From Candidatus Saccharimonadota bacterium (GTDB lineage Bacteria; Patescibacteriota; Saccharimonadia; Saccharimonadales; Saccharimonadaceae): DNA of 32,000 nt. This document shows, piece after piece, positions 21,053 to 29,471 of this stretch (its first letter is position 1; every line of letters begins with the position of its first letter). Under the pieces are notes generated by a model, which had not been told where the DNA came from, ran no database searches, and worked only from the letters and a program-made list of their open reading frames with translations. The stretch lies in assembly GCA_001029695.1 (NCBI GenBank), contig CP011211.1:840001-872000 (forward strand). The letters are read 5' to 3'. Both the position numbers and the translations under genes were made by a program.

Positions 21053-22819
21053 ATGGCAGAAAAAGTAATTGTCGTCTCAGGCTCAATTACCGTAGGCGAA
21101 TTGGCTGAAACACTCAATTTGCCCGTAACGACCCTCATCGGAGAGCTGTTTAAGAATGGTATTGTTGCCACGATTAACCAGCGCCTCGATTTTGAGACGG
21201 CGCAGATTATTGTAGAAGAACTTGGTCTTGATGTAGAGATTCAGAAAAAAGAAACCGCAGCAGTAGAGCGTGTTACGCACACACTATCCGATAAGGCGGT
21301 TGAGCGACCGCCGATTGTCGCAGTCATGGGTCATGTCGACCACGGCAAGACGAGTTTGCTTGATGCAATCCTTGAGACGAAGGCAGTAGAAGGCGAAGCT
21401 GGTGGTATTACGCAGCACATTAGCGCGTATCAGACGGTTCGAAAAGGGCGATCGATCACGCTTCTTGATACGCCTGGACACGAAGCATTTGCTGCGCTTC
21501 GACAGCATGGTGCGACGCTTACTGACGTTGTGATTATCGTTGTTGCCGCGGACGATGGCGTGAAGCCGCAGACGGTAGAGGCAATTCGATTTGCGCAAAC
21601 CGCACACGCAAAAATCGTTGTGGCGATCAATAAAATTGACAAAGAGACAGCTAACTCGCAGTTGGTCAAAACACAGCTTGCTACGGAACACAATCTCAAC
21701 CCAGAAGAGTGGGGCGGTGACACGATTATGGTTGAGGTGAGTGCAAAAACTGGTCAAGGAATCGATAAGCTTCTCGATATGGTGCTACTTGTAGCTGACT
21801 TTGAGGAACTTAAGGCTGATATTGACGTACCTGCTGAAGGACTTGTGATTGAATCTCATATGGCTATTGGCCGCGGGTCGGTCGTGGGGCTACTTGTTGA
21901 GCAAGGTGAGCTAAAGCCTGGTCACTTTATGGTGGCAGGTACAGCATACGGTAAAGTCCGTACGCTGCTTGATTTTGCTGGTAAGCCGATCAAAAAGGCT
22001 GGACCATCGACACCAGTGACGGTCACTGGATTCAAGGAGCTGCCACAGTTTGGTGATGTCTTTACGATCGTAAAGAGCGAAAAGCTTGCGCGTCAGGCGA
22101 CTGAGAAGGCGCGGATTGAGCGTGAGCGCGATGCAGCGAGTACAAATGTAACCGGCGCAGATCTTTTGAAGAAGATGACGCAAAAACACGAATCTCAGGA
22201 TCTCAATGTTATTGTAAAAGCCGACGTACAGGGGTCGCTTACCTCTGTCATGGATAGCCTCAAGCTTGTCGATACAGGTGGAGAAATCACGCTTCGAATT
22301 ATTGGTAGTGGTGTTGGTAATATCTCTGAGAACGATATACGTCTGGCCTCAGATGAAAATACGATTATCTATGGTTTCAACGTCGAACTCCCTCCTGCTG
22401 TGAAGCGACTCGCTATGCGTGATAAGGTTCAGGTGCGTATCTATAAGGTGATCTATGAACTGCTTGATGATGCACGCCAATCAATGGAGGCGATGCTCGC
22501 ACCGGAAGTTGTTGAAACTGAGATCGGTAAATTAACGATCAAGGGTGTGTTCCGAACACTTAAAGATGAAGTGATTGCTGGTGGTGAAGTTACCTCTGGT
22601 AAAGCAGTACCAAATGTCCTTGTTCGTGTTAAACGCGGTGATGAGCAGCTTGCTGAAGCTGAGGTTACGAAGGTACAGAGACAGCAGCAAGAGGCGAAAG
22701 AGGTCTTTGAAGGTGAGATGTGTGGCCTTTCTCTTAAGACGCAGAAAAAACTTCTTGTTGAGGAGGGTGATACTCTCGAATTCTTTACTCGCGAGCTAGT
22801 GAAACGTACGCTTGGTTAG
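21053..22819 (+). CDS. infB: Translation initiation factor IF-2 (short form)
   Basis: 588 aa. Contains the IF2_N segment, the G-domain motifs GHVDHGKTSLLD, DTPGHEAF, NKID and SAKTG, and the C-terminal domains. Confidence 0.97.
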   Translation: MAEKVIVVSGSITVGELAETLNLPVTTLIGELFKNGIVATINQRLDFETAQIIVEELGLDVEIQKKETAAVERVTHTLSDKAVERPPIVAVMGHVDHGKTSLLDAILETKAVEGEAGGITQHISAYQTVRKGRSITLLDTPGHEAFAALRQHGATLTDVVIIVVAADDGVKPQTVEAIRFAQTAHAKIVVAINKIDKETANSQLVKTQLATEHNLNPEEWGGDTIMVEVSAKTGQGIDKLLDMVLLVADFEELKADIDVPAEGLVIESHMAIGRGSVVGLLVEQGELKPGHFMVAGTAYGKVRTLLDFAGKPIKKAGPSTPVTVTGFKELPQFGDVFTIVKSEKLARQATEKARIERERDAASTNVTGADLLKKMTQKHESQDLNVIVKADVQGSLTSVMDSLKLVDTGGEITLRIIGSGVGNISENDIRLASDENTIIYGFNVELPPAVKRLAMRDKVQVRIYKVIYELLDDARQSMEAMLAPEVVETEIGKLTIKGVFRTLKDEVIAGGEVTSGKAVPNVLVRVKRGDEQLAEAEVTKVQRQQQEAKEVFEGEMCGLSLKTQKKLLVEEGDTLEFFTRELVKRTLG

Positions 22820-22835
22820 TAGTGGTTTGATATAT

Positions 22836-22873
22836 AAATACCCTCCTAGTATCACTAGGAGGGTATTTATTTT
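22836..22873 (+). terminator. Intrinsic terminator after infB
   Basis: A perfect 15-bp stem AAATACCCTCCTAGT (22836-22850) / ACTAGGAGGGTATTT (22854-22868) with a 3-nt loop, followed by ATTTT. Confidence 0.8.
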
Positions 22874-22891
22874 ACATATCATCAATATATA

Positions 22892-22920
22892 TTGACTTTT
22901 TGTCTTCTTTATGATAATAT
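22892..22920 (+). promoter_or_regulatory. Candidate promoter of the acidic membrane-protein gene
   Basis: TTGACT (22892-22897), 17 nt spacer, TAATAT (22915-22920). Confidence 0.45.
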
Positions 22921-22974
22921 TGTTACATAAAAGTAGTAAAGTAAGCTATATTGCCACAAGGATACCATACAATA

Positions 22975-24402
22975 ATGAGTGAACGTGCACCACAACCGAC
23001 ACCTGATAACCAGTCTCAGACTGATATTGAGGCTTTGCTTCAGCAGCGAATGAATGAGAAGCGCCTCAACGATTGGACTGACACTGATGATATGACTTCT
23101 ATGAAAGATATGGAAGCATATCTTCAGGGTCGACCATCTCATGATGTGCAGTTGGATGAGTATAGTCGCGCAGAATTAGGCGATCCACTTGAGCAAGGTC
23201 TCTTTCAGGATGATGTATTCTTCGATGAAGAAAAAGAAACTGTCTATACAGTTGAAGCGCGTAAGGGTGAAGGCGATGTGGCAGTCTACGCAATCTCAAC
23301 TCTCTACAAGAACGGCTCTGATCAAAAAGAAATAATGACCGAAGCAGAGGCTAAAGCATATCTTGACGGTAAAGAGCTTATCGAGGCAAGTGCGGAGCGC
23401 CAAGAGCAGCTAAGTGCGGCAGAGTATAGTAGTGACATAGATTCTTCTGCGATAGCTAGTGATATTCAGGATGCAGAGCACGCTAATCAAGTCGCAAATT
23501 TCGGTAATGCTGATGCAGCGGAAAAACGTAAGCGTCTCGAGGCTGTATTTGGTAAGGCTGACATTAGTGGGTTGAGTGATGAAGACCTCGACCGCTATGA
23601 CGCAGTGGCTGGCGACATCGATAGACAGTATCAGGAGAAGATGCCTGATCAGGGCGAGGATGGTAACGTAGCTGCATCATCACCAGAAGGTGCTCCTGCT
23701 GGCGAAGAGGAGCTGGACGATATGCCTATACTCGATCAGTCTTGGAAGGATGAGGCTCGACAAGAGATTGATGATGCAGATGAACAGAATCTTGCACTTG
23801 ATCAAGCCTGGAAGCAGGAGGTCAAGGATGAACTTGCTGCAAGCGCTGAGCAAAATGAAGATGTTTTAGTTGAAAATGAAGCAAAGACCGGTATTCGTGG
23901 ATGGATTGCAGGCCGATTTTCTAAACTTAGTAAGCGATGGAACAAAAACAAAGTTTCCGAGCAGGACGTTAACGATCTAGAAAAAGAGAGTAAAATAATA
24001 CGACGGCGCATGATCGGTGCTGTTGCAATTGCCGGGGCTGTCATTGGCAGCGCACTTCTCATCAAGAACGGTATGGACCACGGCTGGTTCAGTGGTGGTA
24101 ACGGTGGCGAAGAATACTACATACCCCCTCAGTCTAAGCTTCCAGATGAAGGAGTTCCCCAGCCTGGACAAGGTGAAACTCTAGATATGTCAAAATTTAC
24201 CATTAGTAATGGCCAGGGGGGCGAAAGCTATCTCGGCAACAACCTCGGCATTGACCCAAAGCAGTGGTACGGTATTGAAAACGAAGTTATCGCAAAGTTT
24301 CCTAGTGATACGTATCGTATGGCCGATGGACATGTTGGGTTTTCTCGCCCAGGCCAGTTGAGTGATGCTGCTCGTGAGTATTTCGCTAATCTCTCTCGAT
24401 AA
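22975..24402 (+). CDS. Highly acidic single-pass membrane protein, function unknown
   Basis: The track ORF starts at TTG 22951; I prefer the ATG at 22975 (MSERAPQ...). An approximately 345-aa D/E-rich N-terminal region precedes a basic patch plus TM segment (KIIRRRMIGAVAIAGAVIGSALLI) and a roughly 100-aa C-terminal domain. An internal 22-aa tandem repeat lies at 23731-23862. Confidence 0.7.
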   Translation: MSERAPQPTPDNQSQTDIEALLQQRMNEKRLNDWTDTDDMTSMKDMEAYLQGRPSHDVQLDEYSRAELGDPLEQGLFQDDVFFDEEKETVYTVEARKGEGDVAVYAISTLYKNGSDQKEIMTEAEAKAYLDGKELIEASAERQEQLSAAEYSSDIDSSAIASDIQDAEHANQVANFGNADAAEKRKRLEAVFGKADISGLSDEDLDRYDAVAGDIDRQYQEKMPDQGEDGNVAASSPEGAPAGEEELDDMPILDQSWKDEARQEIDDADEQNLALDQAWKQEVKDELAASAEQNEDVLVENEAKTGIRGWIAGRFSKLSKRWNKNKVSEQDVNDLEKESKIIRRRMIGAVAIAGAVIGSALLIKNGMDHGWFSGGNGGEEYYIPPQSKLPDEGVPQPGQGETLDMSKFTISNGQGGESYLGNNLGIDPKQWYGIENEVIAKFPSDTYRMADGHVGFSRPGQLSDAAREYFANLSR

Positions 24403-24419
24403 CACTCCTCGCGAAAACG

Positions 24420-24428
24420 TGATACAAT
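24420..24428 (+). promoter_or_regulatory. Possible extended -10 promoter element
   Basis: TGATACAAT lies 38 nt upstream of the ATG at 24466. No clear -35 box is present. Confidence 0.3.
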
Positions 24429-24465
24429 CAGATTAACGACTATTAAAGAATAGGAATAGGGTACA

Positions 24466-24906
24466 ATGTTTCAATTAGATGACCAATTTTTAGCAGATAT
24501 CGGACTTAACGAACTTCCAGACGATCAGAAGCAGGCGTTCTTGCAGCACATTTACGAAGAGCTTGAACTTCGTGTGGGTACGAAATTGTCTGATGGACTT
24601 AGCGACGAACAACTCGAGCAATTTGAGAAGATTATTGATCGCGATCAGCCGTCGGTCGATGCTTGGCTTGCACAGTATGTGCCAAACTACCAGACTGATG
24701 AGGTGTTTGTACGTATGCAGCAGGCGACGAAGCTTGAAGCAAACGACCCAGGCCTTAAGTCTGAGTTTGTAGCGACGAAATGGCTCGAGGTGAATCGTCC
24801 TGACTATCGTGATGTGGTCAAGCAAGTACTCGGCGAACTAAAGTCTGAGATTGTTAATAACCGTGATGCGATCTTGGGCGGAGATGAAGCTGCGCCTACT
24901 GCGTAG
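24466..24906 (+). CDS. Small acidic helical cytoplasmic protein, function unknown
   Basis: 146 aa (MFQLDDQFLADIGLNELPDDQKQAFLQHIYEELELRVG...). It has no TM segment. Its last 11 nt overlap the 3' end of the convergent fmt gene. Confidence 0.65.
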   Translation: MFQLDDQFLADIGLNELPDDQKQAFLQHIYEELELRVGTKLSDGLSDEQLEQFEKIIDRDQPSVDAWLAQYVPNYQTDEVFVRMQQATKLEANDPGLKSEFVATKWLEVNRPDYRDVVKQVLGELKSEIVNNRDAILGGDEAAPTA

Positions 24907-25861
24907 ATTTTAGCTGAGAAGCGTATCCTGAAAGAAATGCCTGAATGGGCATTTCTTTTTTTCCGATCGGTTTGACGGCATCGAGTACTAGTTGTCCACT
25001 GCCTGTTTGGACTGAGAGAGATGGTACGGACGGATCGATGGTAAGTGAGCCTACTATAGGTGATTGGCCTGCTGATTGTACGACATGGGCGGCACTAATA
25101 ATCACATCGATAGAGCCGAGCTGAGTGCGGCTTTTTGGCCACTCTTGATAGGCGCGAATCTGTCTTTCTATACTGCGAGCGGGAGATGTCCAGTCGATGA
25201 CTCCATCGGCCTTTTTGATGAGTTGGCAGTATGTTGCCTGAGTGTCATCTTGAGGTTGAGGAGCGATAGTGTCTGTCAGGATATTAGGTAGAACCTCGAG
25301 TAGGAGTGTTACACCCTGCTTACCTAGGGTTTTATATAGTTCTTCTGATGTCTCATCGCCTTGGAGCTGGTGAGAAGTTTGAGCGTATACAGGGCCTGCG
25401 TCCATCGCAGCTGACAGTTGCATAATACTCACGCCTGTCTCTTGGTCGCCATTTAATATGGCCGTCTCTATAGGGGATGGGCCACGATAGTGGGGGAGTA
25501 GCGAAGGATGAACGTTGATGATTCCAGGGGTAAATAGTTCGATGATGGATTGAGGGATGATCTTTCCGTAGCTGACGAGGACGCCTGCGGGAGAATCAAG
25601 TGCTCGCACATCTTTGGTGATATCGGTGAGCTTTGCTGGCTGCCAGACGGGAATACCGTGGGCTTCTGCGAGTAGTTTTACGTGTGGTTTAGTGATTTTT
25701 TGTCCACGACCTTGCTTGCTATCTGGCTTTGTAACGACAGCGGCAATAGTGTAGCCGTTTTCTATCAGTGCTGCCAGGGTCAGGCAGCTAAACTCCTCAG
25801 TACCGAAGAAGACAATCGACTTAGTCTTCGAAGAGATTGCTGTTTGCGATGTGTGTATCAT
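24896..25861 (-). CDS. fmt: Methionyl-tRNA formyltransferase
   Basis: Contains IVFFGTEEFS, HPSLLPHYRGPSPI and the C-terminal domain. I trimmed the track start at 25909 to the ATG at 25861, which still overlaps the def 3' end by 41 nt. The start remains uncertain. Confidence 0.9.
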   Translation of the reverse strand: MIHTSQTAISSKTKSIVFFGTEEFSCLTLAALIENGYTIAAVVTKPDSKQGRGQKITKPHVKLLAEAHGIPVWQPAKLTDITKDVRALDSPAGVLVSYGKIIPQSIIELFTPGIINVHPSLLPHYRGPSPIETAILNGDQETGVSIMQLSAAMDAGPVYAQTSHQLQGDETSEELYKTLGKQGVTLLLEVLPNILTDTIAPQPQDDTQATYCQLIKKADGVIDWTSPARSIERQIRAYQEWPKSRTQLGSIDVIISAAHVVQSAGQSPIVGSLTIDPSVPSLSVQTGSGQLVLDAVKPIGKKEMPIQAFLSGYASQLKSTQ

Positions 25862-26396
25862 AATCGAGTGGCTGAAGCTCGCCTTTCTCATCGAGGGTGT
25901 AAAATGCATCTTTCTTGTCGCGTATATGATCTATGAAGACGATGCCATTTGTGTGATCGATCTCGTGCTGAATAACGCGAGCGAGAAAGCCCTCGGCTTT
26001 GAAGCGAACTTCGTTTCCATCTTCATCGAGTGCTTTGATGCGAATCTTTGAATGGCGCGGCACTTTGCCGTATACTTTTGAAACGCTGAGACAGCCTTCG
26101 TAGTCTTCGACGATACTACCTTCGTATTTAACAATCTCTGGATTGAGGAGGACGGTAAAATCACGTGTATTTTTATCGTCGAAGTCACTACGTACGATAA
26201 CTGCACGCTCAAGACGGTCAATCTGTACTGCGGCGAGTGCAGCACTAATCTCGTGAGGACGTGAGTCTTCCCAATCGAGGGCGGCGCTTTTCATGTCTTT
26301 TACGAGAGTATGCGTTTCGTCGGTGACGACGTGAATTTTAGCTGATTTTTCCCGTAAATGAGCATTTGGCAGGGTGATGATGTCTTCTTTTTTCAT
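25821..26396 (-). CDS. def: Peptide deformylase
   Basis: 191 aa. Motif 2 is EGCLSV and motif 3 is QHEIDHTNG. Motif 1 is atypical: SAALAAVQ instead of GIGLAAxQ. Confidence 0.92.
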   Translation of the reverse strand: MKKEDIITLPNAHLREKSAKIHVVTDETHTLVKDMKSAALDWEDSRPHEISAALAAVQIDRLERAVIVRSDFDDKNTRDFTVLLNPEIVKYEGSIVEDYEGCLSVSKVYGKVPRHSKIRIKALDEDGNEVRFKAEGFLARVIQHEIDHTNGIVFIDHIRDKKDAFYTLDEKGELQPLDYDTHIANSNLFED

Positions 26397-26450
26397 TCCC
26401 TCCAGTATAACAGATTGAGCGGGTGGTTCGTAGTCCCTGCGAGAGTGACA

Positions 26451-28391
26451 TTATAGCAGGCTCATCGGATCGAGTTCTGACTGCCAATGAGTGGGTGGAA
26501 CGAGCGCAAGTGCGGCAACGAGATCAGCTCTCCTTGGTGACTTCAGTACGAGCTGCCATCTGTAGGTATCGCGCTGTCGTTCGTAGAATGACGGCGTTGG
26601 TCCTAATATTTGAACAGATTGCGGACATGCAGCGCGAAGTTCGGTGGCGAGTTTTTTTGCGTTTTTTATAGCGGCTATCTCGGTTTTATAGATACACGTA
26701 AGTTTCAATAGGTACGTAAAGGGCGGGAAATTTGCGCGTCGCCTTTCGTCGATTGTCGTTTCGTAGAATTGTTCATAATTTTGCGCTAGTCCAGTGGTAA
26801 CGGCGAGATGATTTGGTTGATATGACTGCACAACAACCGTCGTGGGGTGGTGCGAACGGCCGACTCGGCCAACGACCTGTGCGAGAAGCTGGAATGTTCG
26901 TTCACTTGAGGTGTAGTCGGGGAGGGCTAATCCGGCATCAGCTTGGATGACACCCACGAGTCGTAACTTTGGAAGATCAAGGCCTTTTGCGATGACTTGG
27001 GTGCCGATAATAATATCGATTGCTCCACTATAGAGATCATTGTAGCGGCTTTCTACAGTATCGCCAGATTCGTTGTCTCCATCAAAACGAACAATGACTT
27101 TATGAGGGTATCGTTTACGCAGTTCTGATTCAATAAGTTTCGTACCAATTCCTTTATGAATAATATCGGCACTGTGGCAGGTTGGACAACTTGTGGGTAC
27201 TTTTTCATTTCGTCCACAAAGATGACAACGTAAATGATGCGCATCGGCATGAAGCGTTAGTGGAATAAAACATTGCGGACAGGTCGCAGACCAACCGCAG
27301 TTCTCACACAGTGTCGTGCTGGCGCTACCGCGGCGATTATGGAATATAAGCACTTGATCCCCACGGGAAAAGGAGGCCTCTAGCTCTGATAGAAGCGTGT
27401 TTGAGAGAAAGCGGTGGTGTGTAAATGACGCTTTTTTTGTCATATCAACAAGTGTGATAGTGGGTGGAGTTGCGTCTTTTTTTGCTCGTTCTGGCAATGT
27501 AATAATTGGTCGGTCTGATTGCGCCGCCAGATAGTAGTCGGTTACAAGTGGGGTTGCGCTACCGAGGATGAGTTTTGCGTCGTGGAGTCGAGTGAGTACG
27601 CTTGCTGCTCGAAGCGCAGAGTAGCGCGGTGATTGTTCTTGTTTGAAGCTTGGTTCGTGTGCTTCGTCTATGACAATTAGTCCGAGATGATGGAGGGGCG
27701 TAAAGAGTGCTGATCGCGGACCGATAACGACACGCGGACTTTTGGAATTGAGCGCATCTTGCCAGGCCAGATGTCGTTCGGCTTCGGTTTGGCGAGAGTG
27801 AACAAGAATAATATTTTCGAAATGATGAGAGAACTCATCGACTACTTGAGAGGTAAGTGCGATTTCTGGAACAAGGATAATTACAGATTGATTACGAGCA
27901 AGTGTATGTTTCGCAAGTTCAATATAGATATGTGTTTTCCCCGACCCTGTCACGCCGTGAACGAGGGCTGATCCTGGCGTCATTGACTCAACAGCCTGAA
28001 CGGCATCATGTTGATCTTTTGTGAGTACAATAGTTGTTCGGTCGCGCAAGGACTCTCTATGAGTAGATAAGCGATCTCGACGGTTCTTCTGAAGACCTCG
28101 AGGTAGGAGTGTTTGAAGCACAGTAGCGAGCGGGGAATTGTAGTATTCTTTCAGCCAAAAAGCGAGCTTTATGAGTTCAGTAGGAAGGGGGGCTGTTTCT
28201 ATGGTACTTAGTATGGACTTGGTCTCATATGAAGGTTTTTTGGTTGCACTTGTTATGATCCCGGTGAGCTGTTTTTTTCCTACTTCTATGACGACGAGTT
28301 GCCCAATTGGCAGTGGAGACTGCGAGGCATAGGTAAACGTATCGCTACCAGTGCGAATAATTGCCGTCGGAGCTACTTCGAAGTAGTGCAT
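26451..28391 (-). CDS. priA: Primosomal protein N' (replication restart helicase PriA)
   Basis: I trimmed the track ORF to the ATG at 28391 (MHYFEVAP...). Contains Walker A GVTGSGKT, DEAH-type VIDEAHE, the Cys-rich zinc region CENCGWSATCPQC...CHLCG...CPTCHS, and GTQVIAKGLD. Confidence 0.93.
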   Translation of the reverse strand: MHYFEVAPTAIIRTGSDTFTYASQSPLPIGQLVVIEVGKKQLTGIITSATKKPSYETKSILSTIETAPLPTELIKLAFWLKEYYNSPLATVLQTLLPRGLQKNRRDRLSTHRESLRDRTTIVLTKDQHDAVQAVESMTPGSALVHGVTGSGKTHIYIELAKHTLARNQSVIILVPEIALTSQVVDEFSHHFENIILVHSRQTEAERHLAWQDALNSKSPRVVIGPRSALFTPLHHLGLIVIDEAHEPSFKQEQSPRYSALRAASVLTRLHDAKLILGSATPLVTDYYLAAQSDRPIITLPERAKKDATPPTITLVDMTKKASFTHHRFLSNTLLSELEASFSRGDQVLIFHNRRGSASTTLCENCGWSATCPQCFIPLTLHADAHHLRCHLCGRNEKVPTSCPTCHSADIIHKGIGTKLIESELRKRYPHKVIVRFDGDNESGDTVESRYNDLYSGAIDIIIGTQVIAKGLDLPKLRLVGVIQADAGLALPDYTSSERTFQLLAQVVGRVGRSHHPTTVVVQSYQPNHLAVTTGLAQNYEQFYETTIDERRRANFPPFTYLLKLTCIYKTEIAAIKNAKKLATELRAACPQSVQILGPTPSFYERQRDTYRWQLVLKSPRRADLVAALALVPPTHWQSELDPMSLL

Positions 28392-28421
28392 ACTTACCAG
28401 TATACTGGTAGACTGAGCTAT

Positions 28422-29081
28422 ATGATGTATTTCGATAGTCGCCTGCAGGCGGGACAAATTTTGGCGAATGAACTTTTTGAAAAGTATCGCTATGAGAATG
28501 TTGCGATTGTCGCACTGAGTGATGGCGGCGTGATTGTCGGAGAGCAGATAGCAACAGCACTCCACTGTATTTTGACTATGCTTGTCACTGAGGCTGTGGA
28601 GGTACCAGGTGAGCGGCAGAGTTTTGGTGCCGTATCCCAGGTTGGGGGATTTACGTATAACAGCAATTTATCGACCAGTGAAATTAATGACTACAAGAGT
28701 GAATTTCACGGATACCTTGAAGAGGAGAAACGGCAGGCGTTTCATAGGATCAATCGATTGATTGGTGATGGAGGAACAATTGACTACGATCTTCTTCGTG
28801 ACCATACGATCATCCTTGTATCAGACGGCTTGGACGATGTAACGATTCTTGACTCTGTGTTTGATTTTCTCAAGCCAATCCGTACGACAGGGCTCGTGAT
28901 TGCGGCGCCTGTTGCAAGTGTTGGTGTCGTCGATAAAGTTCACATGGTTGCTGATGAGCTGCATATTATTGATGTAAAATCGAACTATATGGGCACGGAT
29001 CATTATTATGAGCATAATGACGTACCGACACACGAACAAACGATCCAAAAGATCAATCAAATTATTTTAAACTGGCGTTAA
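28422..29081 (+). CDS. Phosphoribosyltransferase-like protein (COG1926-type) with a degenerate PRPP loop
   Basis: I trimmed the track ORF to the ATG at 28422 (MMYFDSRLQAGQILANEL...), because the extension overlaps priA. The overall pattern matches 'putative phosphoribosyl transferase' proteins (F.DR..AG..LA..L......V..L..GG..V). The PRPP motif reads IILVSDGLDDVT (28809-28844). Confidence 0.65.
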   Translation: MMYFDSRLQAGQILANELFEKYRYENVAIVALSDGGVIVGEQIATALHCILTMLVTEAVEVPGERQSFGAVSQVGGFTYNSNLSTSEINDYKSEFHGYLEEEKRQAFHRINRLIGDGGTIDYDLLRDHTIILVSDGLDDVTILDSVFDFLKPIRTTGLVIAAPVASVGVVDKVHMVADELHIIDVKSNYMGTDHYYEHNDVPTHEQTIQKINQIILNWR

Positions 29082-29095
29082 GTATAAAGCGATGC

Positions 29096-29124
29096 TTGCG
29101 AAATGTTGTAAGAATGTGTATGCT
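29096..29124 (+). promoter_or_regulatory. Candidate promoter of the wHTH-recJ operon
   Basis: TTGCGA (29096-29101), 17 nt spacer, TATGCT (29119-29124). The SD AAGGGAG lies just before the ATG at 29161. Confidence 0.35.
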
Positions 29125-29160
29125 TAGTAGTAACGACAGGCAGCTAAATTAAGGGAGTGT

Positions 29161-29466
29161 ATGTTAGACGTTTTTATTACCTCACGGGTACGACGAAAGA
29201 TTGTGGTGGTGTACGCAAAGTACCCAGACTTCCGTACTCACGTTCGTGGGCTTGCAAAGTTAATTAAAGAAGATCCAGGTAATATCCAGCGCGAGCTAAA
29301 ACGCCTCGAAAAAGTTGGCTTCTTGCAAAGTGAAAAACAAGGCAACACGAAAATCTACTCAACAAATAAGCAGTTTGTGATCTTTAAAGAGCTTCAGAGT
29401 ATTGTCATCAAGTCACAGCAGCAATCGAGTCGACCGAAACGATCAACGACTGATATTCAGCCGTAG
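29161..29466 (+). CDS. Winged-helix transcriptional regulator (ArsR/MarR-like fold)
   Basis: 101 aa. LAKLIKEDPGNIQRELKRLEKVGFLQSEKQGNTKIYSTN is a typical recognition helix plus beta-wing. It ends 5 nt before recJ. Confidence 0.6.
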   Translation: MLDVFITSRVRRKIVVVYAKYPDFRTHVRGLAKLIKEDPGNIQRELKRLEKVGFLQSEKQGNTKIYSTNKQFVIFKELQSIVIKSQQQSSRPKRSTTDIQP

Positions 29467-29471
29467 GTACG

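Noticed and set aside
28299-28565. Long N-terminal extensions of priA (to 28565) and of the PRTase-like ORF (from 28299)
   Set aside because: The two extensions overlap each other on opposite strands and encode Cys/Arg-rich nonsense-like sequence. Family-typical N-termini (MHYFEVAP... and MMYFDSRLQAG...) begin at 28391 and 28422.
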